Below are positions 1 to 9,449 of a DNA stretch of 32,000 bases, piece by piece; the stretch's first letter is position 1; each line of letters opens with the position of its first letter. The stretch lies in NCBI RefSeq assembly GCF_900095195.1, contig NZ_LT606950.1, positions 606,164-638,163 on the forward strand. Direction: 5' to 3'. The notes under the pieces are model-generated. The model saw nothing but the letters and a program-made list of their open reading frames with translations. It did no database searches and had not been told where the DNA came from. The stretch comes from Polynucleobacter necessarius (GTDB lineage: Bacteria > Pseudomonadota > Gammaproteobacteria > Burkholderiales > Burkholderiaceae). A program made the position numbers and the translations under genes.

Positions 1-1
1 A

Positions 2-151
2 AATAAAGAGGCTGGTAGTAGCAAAGCGTGGAAGGATATATGGGGTGCCGGTCAAGGAGTTGGCCTTGTTGATGATGTTCCCTCTGTAGCACAGATTATC
101 GACACCTTAGAAACGGAGTATGTCGCAGCTAAGAAAGCGCTTATCAATTAA
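2..151 (+). CDS. 3' end of a CDS entering from the left edge (product not recognised)
   Basis: Open frame from the window edge to TAA at 149-151 (...KAWKDIWGAGQGVGLVDDVPSVAQIIDTLETEYVAAKKALIN*). It looks coding, but 49 residues are too few for me to assign a family. Confidence 0.4.
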   Translation, partial: NKEAGSSKAWKDIWGAGQGVGLVDDVPSVAQIIDTLETEYVAAKKALIN

Positions 152-186
152 TCCATTGTAGATTCATTCTTTTTACCAATCGATTT

Positions 187-933
187 TTGGAACTTATTAA
201 CATGTTGTGGCTCGGAGCAGTTTTATTTTATTTGTACGGAATTTTTACGGTGGTTATTTTTGCCTCCGTGATTTTGTTGTTGATACCGTTTTCGAAGTCT
301 TCCACGCGTTATCAAGTCGGCGTGGTGTGGTGCAAATTAGCCCTCTGGGTGCTTTCAAAATTATGCGGAGTGCGATACAAAGTTGAAGGCTTACACAATA
401 TCCCTTCAGATCATCAAACGCCATTGATTGTTTTGGGAAAACACCAGTCTGCTTGGGAGGCGATTGCTTACCCAGCACTTTTTCCTAATGAACTCTGTTT
501 TGTATTCAAGCGCGAATTACTGCTTTTGCCTTTCTTTGGTTGGGCTTTAGGGTCTTTGGGAATGATTCACATCAACCGAGGTGATCGTGAAAAAGCCCGC
601 GAGGCAGTGGCCAAGTTAGGCAAGCAGTGTTTGCGGGAAGGAAAATGGATATCGATATTTCCGGAGGGTACCCGCACGCCCAGAGGCTCTTTAAAGCCTT
701 GCCGGCGTGGCGGTGTGCGCTTGGCTATCAGTACCGATACCAATATCCTGCCAATCGCTCAGAACTCAGGTCTCTTATGGCCACGAAATACATTCGTTAA
801 GAAGCCTGGCTTAATCACCGTATCGATCGGCCCCGTTATTACAGTGGCAGGCAAAACCGAGGATCAACTTCAAGAGGAAGTGGAAAACTGGATTGAGGGT
901 GAAATGCGTCGCTTAGACCCCAGAGCGTATTAA
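187..933 (+). CDS. plsC: 1-acyl-sn-glycerol-3-phosphate acyltransferase
   Basis: 248-aa ORF with a hydrophobic N-terminus. It has the acyltransferase block I-like GKHQSAWEA and block III FPEGTR. The track start is TTG 187; ATG 202 is an alternative start. Confidence 0.85.
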   Translation: MELINMLWLGAVLFYLYGIFTVVIFASVILLLIPFSKSSTRYQVGVVWCKLALWVLSKLCGVRYKVEGLHNIPSDHQTPLIVLGKHQSAWEAIAYPALFPNELCFVFKRELLLLPFFGWALGSLGMIHINRGDREKAREAVAKLGKQCLREGKWISIFPEGTRTPRGSLKPCRRGGVRLAISTDTNILPIAQNSGLLWPRNTFVKKPGLITVSIGPVITVAGKTEDQLQEEVENWIEGEMRRLDPRAY

Positions 934-954
934 TGAACAATTCTTAATAAAGTC

Positions 955-2158
955 ATGTATCCAATCACCGAATTTGATTACTTTTTCATTGGCGGTGGAT
1001 CGGCTGGTTCAGTTGTTGCGTCTCGACTTAATGAATCAGGCGCTAATACGGTGGCACTTTTTGAAGCTGGCGGTAGGGGCCGACTGTTTTGTTGTCAATA
1101 CTCCCTTGGCTGCAGCGGCCATGTTGCTCACCTATACCCGTGGGCATCCGTTCCCGTGGGCATCCGTTAGACTATGATCACTGGGCATCTTTGGGAAATT
1201 CAGGCTGGTCATACCAAGATTTACTGCCGTACTTCATTAAAAGTGAATGTAATGCCAATTTAACTGGGTCATTTCATGACAATAACGGCCCTCTACACGT
1301 TTCCCACCTTCAATCTGACAACCCCTATCAAGAGATTTTTATAGCTGCAGCAAAGCAAGCGGGGTTTCCGATTAGTGAAGATTTCAATGGCGAGACGCAA
1401 GAAGGTCTAGGGATCTATCAAGTTACTCACCAAAATGGTGAGCGTTGCAGTGCTGCTAGGGCTTACTTGTTTCCGCATTTGGAAAATCGTCAAAACTTGG
1501 TAGTGCAAACCTTGAGCGTATCGTGATTCAAGAAGGACGCGCGATGGGGATTTTGTACCGCCAAAATGGCGTACAAAAAGAAGCGCGCGCACGAAAAGAA
1601 GTAATTCTGTGCGCTAGAGCAATTGTTTCTCCTCAATTGCTGATGCTATCTGGCATTGGCCCTGCCGAGCATCTTCAGCAACTTCATATTCCAGTGGTTC
1701 ATAACCTTCCGAGAGTCGGTCAAAATCTACAAGATCATCCAGATTTTATATTTGGCTATGAGGCAGATGATACGAATTTAATTGGCATCTCGGTTGCTGG
1801 CACCCTAAAACTCCTTAGAGAATATCAACGCTACTCAAAATCCCGCAGAGGCATGTTTGCGAGCAATTTTGCAGAGGCGGGCGGGTTTCTTAAACGGATC
1901 CCACTGTATCGGCGCCAGATATTCAATTGCACTTCGTGGTTGCATTGGTAGATGATCACGCACGTAAATTGCACATGAGTCATGGCTACTCTTGTCATGT
2001 TTGTTTATTAAGACCCCATAGTCGAGGCCAAATTACTCTTGCCAATACTGACCCGCAAGCACCGCCCCAAGGAATAGTGGCCGCTACATTCCTTGATGCT
2101 CGGTTTTTCAGGGACTGCTGGGGAGACTATATTAGTCATTACAAAATTATTGGGTTAA
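955..2158 (+). pseudogene. GMC-family (choline dehydrogenase-like) FAD oxidoreductase, heavily degraded
   Basis: N-terminal FAD fold FDYFFIGGGSAGSVVASRLNE..LFEAGG. Then [69 protein letters not shown], spread over at least 4 frames. Compared with E. coli BetA, a block is missing between AAAAML and YTRG, and most of the C-terminal third is missing. The residual end ..TILVITKLLG* stops at TAA 2156-2158. Confidence 0.85.
1136..1167. repeat. exact 16-bp tandem duplication (cccgtgggcatccgtt x2) inside the GMC pseudogene
   Basis: Read directly: 1136-1151 equals 1152-1167. Deleting one copy by hand joins YTRGHP to [14 protein letters not shown] in one frame. Confidence 0.95.
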
Positions 2159-3471
2159 GCGTTGCAACAGGATTCGCCACTAGCGCAACTTGTCGCCACC
2201 TCGGGTGGAGCGGGTTCATTGGTGTAGCGCGCGATATAAGCTTTTTTGCCTTGAAGGGCGGGTTTGATCCAAACAAAGTGGCCTGAGCCAGGAGCAACCG
2301 TAATCGGTTCATCATTGAGATTCCACATGGCATCCAAAACAAGGTCTTGATTTCCCTGGGGTTCAATCACTTCAATTTTGTCACCAACAGCAAAGCGATT
2401 TTTCACATTCACTTTGACTCGCCCTGTGACTTGATCTACTTCCAGTGTTTCGCCAACATAGAGGCTTCTACCCGAGAGAGAATGACCGCGCATATAGAGC
2501 TGGTATTCCTTATCGTGATGACGCTCATAAAAACCGTCGGTATACCCACGATTGGCAAGTCCCTCTAGGTTGCCTAATAACGTGGTATTGAATGGCTTGC
2601 CTCCAACCGCATCATCAATTGCACTGCGATATGCTTGGCAAGTGCGTGCAACATAGTAGGGAGATTTAGTCCGTCCCTCAATCTTGAATGAATCCACTCC
2701 CATATTGGTGAGGTGTTCAATGTGTTCAATGGCGCGTAGGTCCTTCGAATTCATGATGTATGTGCCATGTTCATCTTCTTCCATTGGCATTGAATCATCA
2801 GGCCTTCTGGCCTCTTGAAGTAAAATTACATCACCACTTTGTGTTTGTTGGCCAGGTTTGACCTTGTAATCCCAGCGGCAGGCATTAGTGCAAGCACCCT
2901 GGTTCGAGTCGCGATGCGACATGTAGCCAGAGAGTAAACAACGACCCGAATAGGCGATGCAGAGTGCGCCATGTACAAAAACTTCCAGCTCCATTTCGGG
3001 GCAGTCCTGACGGACTTCCTTGATTTCATCAAAGGAGAGTTCGCGAGAAAGAATGACGCGGCTTATTCCAACAGAACGCCAAAATTTTGCGGAAGCACCA
3101 TTTACAGTATTGGCCTGCACTGATAGGTGAATCGGCATATCGGGCCATGCTTCACGTGCCATCATGATGAGGCCAGGGTCGGACATGATCAATGCATCCG
3201 GCTTTAAGGCAACCACTGGCGACATGTCCCGAATGTAAGTGCGTGTCTTGGCACCGTGAGGCAGGAGGTTGGAAACTAAATAAAACTTTTTACCCAGATC
3301 ATGTGTGGTATCGATACCTTGCTTGAGAACCTCAATCTTGCCAAAGTCATTGTTACGAACGCGTAATGAATAGCGTGGCTGACCCGCATAAATCGCATCC
3401 GCCCCAAAATCAAAGGCAGTTTCGAGCATCTGCAGGCTACCTGCGGGGGCTAATAGTTCTGGTGTTTTCAT
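2155..3471 (-). CDS. yegQ: peptidase U32 family protein, YegQ/TrhP-like
   Basis: Intact 438-aa ORF that matches, from memory, E. coli YegQ blocks: PELLAPAGS, GADAIYAGQPRYSLRVRNNDF, FVHGALCIAYSGRCLLSGY, EDEHGTYIMNSKDLRAI, KIEGRTKSPYY. Its stop overlaps the convergent GMC stop (TTAA 2155-2158). Confidence 0.85.
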   Translation of the reverse strand: MKTPELLAPAGSLQMLETAFDFGADAIYAGQPRYSLRVRNNDFGKIEVLKQGIDTTHDLGKKFYLVSNLLPHGAKTRTYIRDMSPVVALKPDALIMSDPGLIMMAREAWPDMPIHLSVQANTVNGASAKFWRSVGISRVILSRELSFDEIKEVRQDCPEMELEVFVHGALCIAYSGRCLLSGYMSHRDSNQGACTNACRWDYKVKPGQQTQSGDVILLQEARRPDDSMPMEEDEHGTYIMNSKDLRAIEHIEHLTNMGVDSFKIEGRTKSPYYVARTCQAYRSAIDDAVGGKPFNTTLLGNLEGLANRGYTDGFYERHHDKEYQLYMRGHSLSGRSLYVGETLEVDQVTGRVKVNVKNRFAVGDKIEVIEPQGNQDLVLDAMWNLNDEPITVAPGSGHFVWIKPALQGKKAYIARYTNEPAPPEVATSCASGESCCNA

Positions 3472-3617
3472 GATGTTGGTATTTTAATGCCATTAGCTTA
3501 AATATTGCCCTTGGGGTCGCGCAAGGCGATAAAACAGAGAATTATTGGGTTTTAGTCACTTTATGCCGATAGGTGACAACGGTAGGCATGGCTCGACTAA
3601 GACAGTTTTGGTGCTCT

Positions 3618-3649
3618 TAAGCCATTCAAGATTTAAGCCATTCAAGATT
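3618..3649. repeat. exact 16-bp tandem duplication (ttaagccattcaagat x2) in a long intergenic region
   Basis: Read directly: 3618-3633 equals 3634-3649. It lies in the 442-bp spacer between yegQ and the HD-GYP pseudogene. Confidence 0.95.
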
Positions 3650-3913
3650 CGAGACAATAGCTATACACTGAGCTTCAGGACTGTAGTTTTTGTCAATCCA
3701 TGATGCTATATGAGTGATTTAATTCGCATTTGATTCTGATGCCAACATAATGCAGTTAGCGAACCAAACATTTTATTTTGCATTATTCTTCAGCACTTTT
3801 ATTGGCTTGCTGACACCCCTATATTGGGGTCGGCAGAAGCTAAACGATCAATTTAGTATTAACTACTAGCCACTTAGGCTTGTGGCTTATGCAACCTCAT
3901 CTCTGAGCCTTTT

Positions 3914-5064
3914 TTGACTTCCTTGCTTGGCAAGTTGAATTTATTTATTGCCAATCTCATGCTGCTCGTAGGCGCCTTGTGCATCTGCTTGTTATTTAGC
4001 GCATGGAGCGGCACTATAACGAGATCAAAGCAAGCCTTTGCAGCGCTTTGGTTTACTTTTATTGCATCGGTTTACTTGTATCTTCTCAATTATGGAAGTA
4101 CCAATGATCGGATTCATTTGATGAATCTGGCAATATCGGTCGCGTCTATTTGGCAGATCAGCGTTCTCTATGGGTTGAGTAAATCCGATGCTTCCCATCA
4201 GCTTAAGCTAATCATGCTTGCTGATACAGTGCAGTTGCTTGCTAGAGGAAGTCGTTCAGTAATTATGTACTTCCAAGAAATCGCAACCCTTCCATCCCTA
4301 TTTCAGGAAGAAATTTTGGGGTTTGGTCTAAGGGTAATTGCCGGCCCCTCAACTATGATGGTGTGCATATTAATTGCCAATTACTATCTTGAAAAATTAA
4401 TGCAAGAGCACAAAAAAGTGCCTACGCCATTGAGGACGGCTTGTTAAATAGCCTCAATTCCCTCTCAATGGTTCGCGATAACGAGACTGGCAATCACATT
4501 GTGCGAACCAAGAAGTATGTTGAAACCATTGCAAAGCGGCTACGCTCTATGAATCAATACAGCGACGAGCTCTCTGATGATTTAATTGAGGACATTACTT
4601 GAGCGGTGCCATTACACGATATTGGCAAGGTTGGCATTCCCGATTCAATTCTCAAACAGCAGGGATCTCTGACTGAGGATGAGTGGCATGTAATGAAGAC
4701 TCATGCTGTTTTGGGTGAACAGGTATTAAAGGCAACCCTAATTGGGGATATTAAGCACACCTCTGTTCTGGAGGATGCGATCGGTATAGCGGGCTGCCAT
4801 CATGAAAACTGGGATGGCAGTGCTTATCCTCGAGGCTTGCGGGGGCTTGATATTCCTTTGCCAGCGAGAATTATGTCTCTGGCGGATACCTATGACACCT
4901 TAATTAGTGAGCGTGTTTACAAAGATGCATGGACACACCAAATGGCCTGCGAAGAAATTCAACGTCTTAAGGGCATTCGTTTTGATCCTGCGGTGGTAGA
5001 GGCCTTTCTAATGGATCAAGACAAATTTATTGAGATTTCCCAAGCTTATAGAGATGCCGCATGA
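3914..5064 (+). pseudogene. membrane-anchored HD-GYP domain c-di-GMP phosphodiesterase, disrupted
   Basis: The hydrophobic N-terminal ORF 3914-4447 ends at TAA. Homology continues in another frame from 4447 (NSLNSLSMVRDNETGNHIVRTKKYVETIAKRL). There is an in-frame TGA at 4600-4602, then AVPLHDIGKVGIP...HHENWDGSAYPRGL...SLADTYDTL (HD and GYP-type motifs). Confidence 0.8.
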
Positions 5065-6408
5065 CCATTAGTTATGAATTGAGCTCCAATATTCGTCGTA
5101 ACTCCAGAATTATTCTGGTCACCGCTTTTATATTGGCAATCATTTTCTGTGTTAATGCCTCGTTATCTGCATACTTATTGCGTCAAAACAGTATCGACAA
5201 TCATTCTGAGGAGTTGTCCAATTTAACGGTTATTTTGGCAGAGCATACCGCGCAAACGATCTTTTTAGCAAATACCGCCTTAAATAGCATCATGGATACG
5301 ATTCAGCTTGAGCGAATATCAACTGAAAAAGCGTTTCGAGAATTTGCAACCAGCAAGAAGCGGTTTGAATTACTCAAGGATCGCACTCAATCCAACTCCG
5401 TTTTAGATGTTTCAACCTTTGTTGCAGACGATGGCAAAGTTTTAAACTTTTCACGCTCATTTCCTGCTCCAGATATCAACCTCGCAGATCGTGATTATTT
5501 CAAGTACCTCAGTGCCAATAATGATCAGTTTACCTATTGCAGTTTGCCCGTCCGTAACAAGGGCAATGGTAAATGGGTCTTCTACTTGGCGAAACGCGTT
5601 AATGGCCTCAACAATCAATTTTTAGGACTTGTATTGGTGGGGTTTCAGCAGAGGTCTTTTCCACTTTATATGAGCGTATTGGTAAAAATTTAGGTGATGG
5701 TGTGGCAATTTCCCTCCATCGAAATGACAAGACGCTGTTAACCCGCTGGCCTCTGGTTGTTGATGCTTTGGGCAAGGTAAACACCAATACATTTATAAAT
5801 CAGTCTTTGGCAAATAAGGACATTAACGATGGCACCATTTTTACGAGTGGTGCCGGGTTTTCAAGGGGAAATGAAACCCCTGTACCGCGTATGATTTCTT
5901 GTCGAGCAGTGGAAGGTTACCCGTTTATCGTTGGCGCAGTAGAGCCTGAAGCCATTTATTTAGCTGGCTGGGATCGAAATGCCATTGGCGTATTTATTGC
6001 CACGGCATTAAGTCCCATTGCTTTATTTTCCGGCACATATTTTTTCCTGACTACCTACCGAAGTAATACCGAGAACCAATATTGTGCTCACCATGATCCT
6101 TTGACAAAACTTCCCAATAGAAAGATGAGTTTGTGATTATCTTGCCTGAGCTCAGCGCGGATGGACATGCTTTGAATGTGGCTCAAAAGATACTGAAATC
6201 TTTGCAAACTCCATTTCATATTGACGGTATATTGATTCATACCAGCGGCAGTATTGGTATAGCAATTTATCCTGATCATGGAGTTAACGAGACGGAATTG
6301 ACGAATAATGCCGATATGGCAATGTATGGCGCGAAATCTTCTGGAAAGAATGCAGTGCGCGTCTACAGTCATCAAACTACGGAATCTATTACGAGAGACC
6401 TAATCTAA
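5061..6408 (+). pseudogene. Cache-like sensor diguanylate cyclase (GGDEF), disrupted
   Basis: The start overlaps the HD-GYP stop (ATGA). It has a TM segment plus a periplasmic sensor-like region, with a frameshift near 5640-5650 in a G run. The GGDEF domain begins HDPLTKLPNR at ~6090-6118 and jumps directly to DEFVIILPE at 6124 in another frame. The stretch normally between LPNR and GGDEF is therefore deleted. The C-terminus SIGIAIYPDHG...ADMAMYGAKSSGKN is present. Confidence 0.8.
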
Positions 6409-6501
6409 TCCTTATTTATATGTTGGCAAGGGGTATTTTTGCTCGTCTAATTAAGGGGGGCAAAAAAGAAAAAGCCCCTAAATTGCTTTAGGAACTCTAC
6501 T

Positions 6502-6550
6502 TATTTGGCTCCTCGACCTGGGCTCGAACCAGGGACCTACGGATTAACAG
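6502..6550 (-). repeat. 49-bp direct repeat: displaced 3' part of tRNA-Asn (distal att site of the island)
   Basis: 6502-6550 is identical to 11065-11113. It covers tRNA-Asn from the first anticodon-loop base (C32) to CCA, plus 4 nt downstream. Identity stops at 6551 (a versus t at 11114). Confidence 0.9.
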
Positions 6551-6662
6551 ACACCATCTAGACTCTATTAAAATCGAATCTACACTATTTATTAATTAAA
6601 TGACACTTATTTGGTGGATTTTTGAATATAGTTTGAACTTATAAATCAACAAGGGATTGAGG

Positions 6663-7568
6663 ATGAAGATTGCCATTATTGGTTTGGGGAAAATGGGGCT
6701 TAATATGGCTACTAGACTATCCCTTTCCGGAATTTCAGTAGCTGGTTTCGATATAGCTTCACCATCCCCTGAGAATTTGCCACATAAAAACTTCGAAATT
6801 GCTAATTCGCTTACAGAGGCAGTTGAGTCGCTACCATCGCCTAGGATTGTTTGGCTAATGCTTCCAAGTGGTTTTCAGACTGAGGATGTAATTCTTGAAT
6901 TGTCATCAATCTTATCTGCCGGTGACATTATTTTGGATGGCGCAAATTCATATTACAAGGATACCCAAAGAAGAGGTCTGGAATTAATTAATAAGGGTTT
7001 TAACTTCATTGATGTCGGTGTATCAGGGGGTATTTGGGGTTTGAATGATGGCTATTGCCTTATGGTTGGTGGTGAATCCGAAATAGCCCTAAAGCTCAGT
7101 CCGATATTCAATGCCCTTTCAACAAATGGCTCGGATGGTTGGAGTCATTTGGGGCCATTGGGGGCTGGTCATTTTGCAAAAATGATTCATAACGGTATTG
7201 AATATGGAATGATGCAGGCTTTTGCTGAGGGCCTGGAATTGACTCAATCAAAGAGACAATTTGCAATAGATACAGGAAAGTTGGTTGAGTTATGGCGCCA
7301 TGGTTCTGTGGTGCGCTCATGGTTGCTAGACATGCTCTCTAAAGGAATTCACTCAAATCTTAACTTAGATGAGGTTTTGCCATATGTGCCTGACTCTGGT
7401 GAGGGCAGGTGGTTTGCAATTGAAGCAATAGAGCAAGGCATACCAACACCCGTGATTTCGCAGGCCCTTAATGCACGTTTCCAGAGTCAAAATAACTTTA
7501 ATTTTGGATTCAGGATCTTATCCATTATGAGAAATGCATTTGGTGGGCATAAAATTCATAAAAAATGA
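6663..7568 (+). CDS. gnd: 6-phosphogluconate dehydrogenase (decarboxylating), short YqeC/GndA-like form
   Basis: Intact ORF with KIAIIGLGKMGLNMA (Rossmann), GVSGG, HFAKMIHNGIEYGMMQAFAEG, WRHGSVVRSWLLD, DSGEGRW and RNAFGGH. The track begins at TTG 6657; ATG 6663 with an AAGGGA upstream is preferred. Confidence 0.85.
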   Translation: MKIAIIGLGKMGLNMATRLSLSGISVAGFDIASPSPENLPHKNFEIANSLTEAVESLPSPRIVWLMLPSGFQTEDVILELSSILSAGDIILDGANSYYKDTQRRGLELINKGFNFIDVGVSGGIWGLNDGYCLMVGGESEIALKLSPIFNALSTNGSDGWSHLGPLGAGHFAKMIHNGIEYGMMQAFAEGLELTQSKRQFAIDTGKLVELWRHGSVVRSWLLDMLSKGIHSNLNLDEVLPYVPDSGEGRWFAIEAIEQGIPTPVISQALNARFQSQNNFNFGFRILSIMRNAFGGHKIHKK

Positions 7569-7584
7569 AGCTCTGTATTATTAA

Positions 7585-8463
7585 ATGTCCTTAAATTTAG
7601 CCCTCAATTCAAATTGTCTGCTTGGTGAGTCTCCCGTTTGGAGTCCGGTTGATCAATCTATTTATTTTATTGACACTAAAAAAATGTCCATTAATAGGTT
7701 TTGTATTTCGAATAGTCTTTTTGAGACTATTCCCACCCCATCAGAGATTGGATGCATTGTTTTAAAGCGGGGTGGAGGTATCGTTGCGGCTATGCAAAGT
7801 GGACTTGCATTTGTAGATTTCACCGTTAAAGAATATGCATTCTTTTGCACTATCGATAGCGATATTCTCACAAACAGGCCAAATGATGGTAAATGTGATG
7901 GCGCTGGTAGACTTTGGGTTGCCTCCATGGACAATAAAGAAGTCAGCTCATCAGGGCGGCTTTGGAAGGTATCCCCAACTACTGCACCAGAAATAGTGGA
8001 TTCAAATTTTGTAATTGGAAATGGAATTGATTGGAGTCCTGATTCCAAAAAAATGTATTTTACTGATAGTGTCAATAGAGCTATTTATATCTATGATTTT
8101 GATTTGGGAAGTGGAACTATCGGCAACAAAGAAATGTTTGTAAAAATTCCTGAGGATGATGGATTTCCAGACGGTTTAGTTGTAGACGGCCAGGGATTTG
8201 TCTGGAGCGCACATTGGGATGGATGGCGAGTAACTAGATATGCGCTAGATGGGTCTATCGATAAGGTGGTTAATTTACCTGTACCAAGGCCAACTTCTTT
8301 GGCTTTTGGAGGGGCAAATCTTTCAAGTCTCTTTATCACCTCTGCTAGCTACGGTTTATCTTCTGCCGAGCTAATGAATGCACCATTGTCCGGGGGGTTA
8401 TTTGTCTATGATTCAACTGTCTCTGGCCGTCTCAGCAATCAATATATAGCTGAAATTTCATGA
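7585..8463 (+). CDS. SMP-30/gluconolactonase/LRE family protein
   Basis: Intact 292-aa ORF with beta-propeller lactonase hallmarks: LGESPVWSP, NDGKCDGAGRLW, GNGIDWSPD, PDGLVVDGQGFVW and GGLFV. Confidence 0.8.
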   Translation: MSLNLALNSNCLLGESPVWSPVDQSIYFIDTKKMSINRFCISNSLFETIPTPSEIGCIVLKRGGGIVAAMQSGLAFVDFTVKEYAFFCTIDSDILTNRPNDGKCDGAGRLWVASMDNKEVSSSGRLWKVSPTTAPEIVDSNFVIGNGIDWSPDSKKMYFTDSVNRAIYIYDFDLGSGTIGNKEMFVKIPEDDGFPDGLVVDGQGFVWSAHWDGWRVTRYALDGSIDKVVNLPVPRPTSLAFGGANLSSLFITSASYGLSSAELMNAPLSGGLFVYDSTVSGRLSNQYIAEIS

Positions 8464-8945
8464 TTTATTTAGTGATGGGTGTGAGTGGCTGTGGAAAAAC
8501 AACTACTGGGCTAAATTTGGCTTCTCGACTTGATGCCATTTTTTTAGATGCCGATAGCTTTCACTCTGAATCTAATCTTTCCAAGATGGCGAAAGGAATT
8601 CCCTTAACAGATGAGGATAGAGAGCCATGGTTAGCGAAATTAAATTCTAAATTAATTAAAGCCACCATGAACAGCAAAAATATTGTTTTAGCATGTTCAG
8701 CTTTAAAAGATTCTTATAGAAAATCGTTGCTCAGCAATATTGAGAGTTACCTAATAATCTATCTCAAGGCTGATATTTCCTTACTTGAGCGAAGACAGTC
8801 CGAGAGGAAAAATCATTTTTTTAATCCAAAACTATTATTCTCCCAAATAGCAATATTGGAGGAGCCAAAAGAAAATTTTATTGAATTGGATGCCAGCAAA
8901 TCCACCCAAGATATTGTTGAGGAAATTTTTTGCAAGCTAGTATAA
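8460..8945 (+). CDS. gntK: gluconokinase
   Basis: Intact 161-aa ORF with P-loop GVSGCGKTT and DADSFHSESNLSKMAKGIPLTDEDREPWL, typical of GntK/IdnK. Its start overlaps the lactonase stop (ATGA). Confidence 0.8.
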   Translation: MIYLVMGVSGCGKTTTGLNLASRLDAIFLDADSFHSESNLSKMAKGIPLTDEDREPWLAKLNSKLIKATMNSKNIVLACSALKDSYRKSLLSNIESYLIIYLKADISLLERRQSERKNHFFNPKLLFSQIAILEEPKENFIELDASKSTQDIVEEIFCKLV

Positions 8946-9042
8946 GAATAATATATTTAAGTTGATTTAGACTTGGATGAATACTCCGATGATGAACATG
9001 ACTTTTTAGCTGCTTATTTAACTTAATTGATACTAGGTTGAT

Positions 9043-9348
9043 TTAATTAGGCATTTCCAATGCACCTATCTTCTCCGATTCCCTTCCATCAGGCGATACA
9101 AATATTATTTTGATGTCTGTTATAGGCTCATCAGTAGTCTCTAAGATATTGGTTTGTTTGGGTCGGCCATCTAATCTGTCTGCAAGCTCTTTAATTGCCC
9201 AAGGCTCACCACGAGAAGCCAAGTCAAGCAGTTTCTCTATAGAGGCTCTTAATCGTTTTCCGTCATCTTGGGCTATTGCTTTCCTTAAGGCATCATTCCA
9301 CATTCTTCCTTTTTGAGCATTATGGTTTCCTATAGGTGCGCCAGCCAT
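9043..9348 (-). CDS. small island/phage-associated protein, function unknown
   Basis: 101-aa ORF beginning MAGAPIGNHNAQKG and containing AIKELADRLDGRPKQ. I associate this pattern with small prophage/island proteins. AAGG lies upstream of the ATG. There is no firm family call. Confidence 0.5.
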   Translation of the reverse strand: MAGAPIGNHNAQKGRMWNDALRKAIAQDDGKRLRASIEKLLDLASRGEPWAIKELADRLDGRPKQTNILETTDEPITDIKIIFVSPDGRESEKIGALEMPN

Positions 9349-9449
9349 GTCTTACCTTATTTGGGGTGTAGTAGGGGAATAAAGATTTGGGTCTTTATGA
9401 TTAAAAAATGGTACGGCAACCTGCCAATACCAACAAAGCATCATGGGCC

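Noticed and set aside
4600-4602. In-frame TGA codons (4600-4602 in HD-GYP, 12387-12389 in thiE, 15906-15908 in thiC) and a TAG (19556-19558 in the CoA-transferase) might indicate stop-codon reassignment or selenocysteine.
   Set aside because: Intact genes in the same window terminate with TGA (parC, tsaB, the lactonase), and three of the four affected genes also carry frameshifts or deletions. thiE has the TGA as its only visible lesion. Ordinary nonsense mutations explain them better. No SECIS-like hairpin was evident.
6457-6478. GGGGC-(A-rich 12 nt)-GCCCC hairpin beside the partial tRNA-Asn copy, possibly the original tRNA terminator.
   Set aside because: The stem is short, the loop is large, and there is no clear U tract on either strand. 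That is not enough to call.
7662-8339. Antisense ORFs inside the lactonase gene (7662-8075, 8091-8339) and similar ones in the gnd, thi and cox regions.
   Set aside because: Same reasoning: they are shadow ORFs of a well-supported sense gene.
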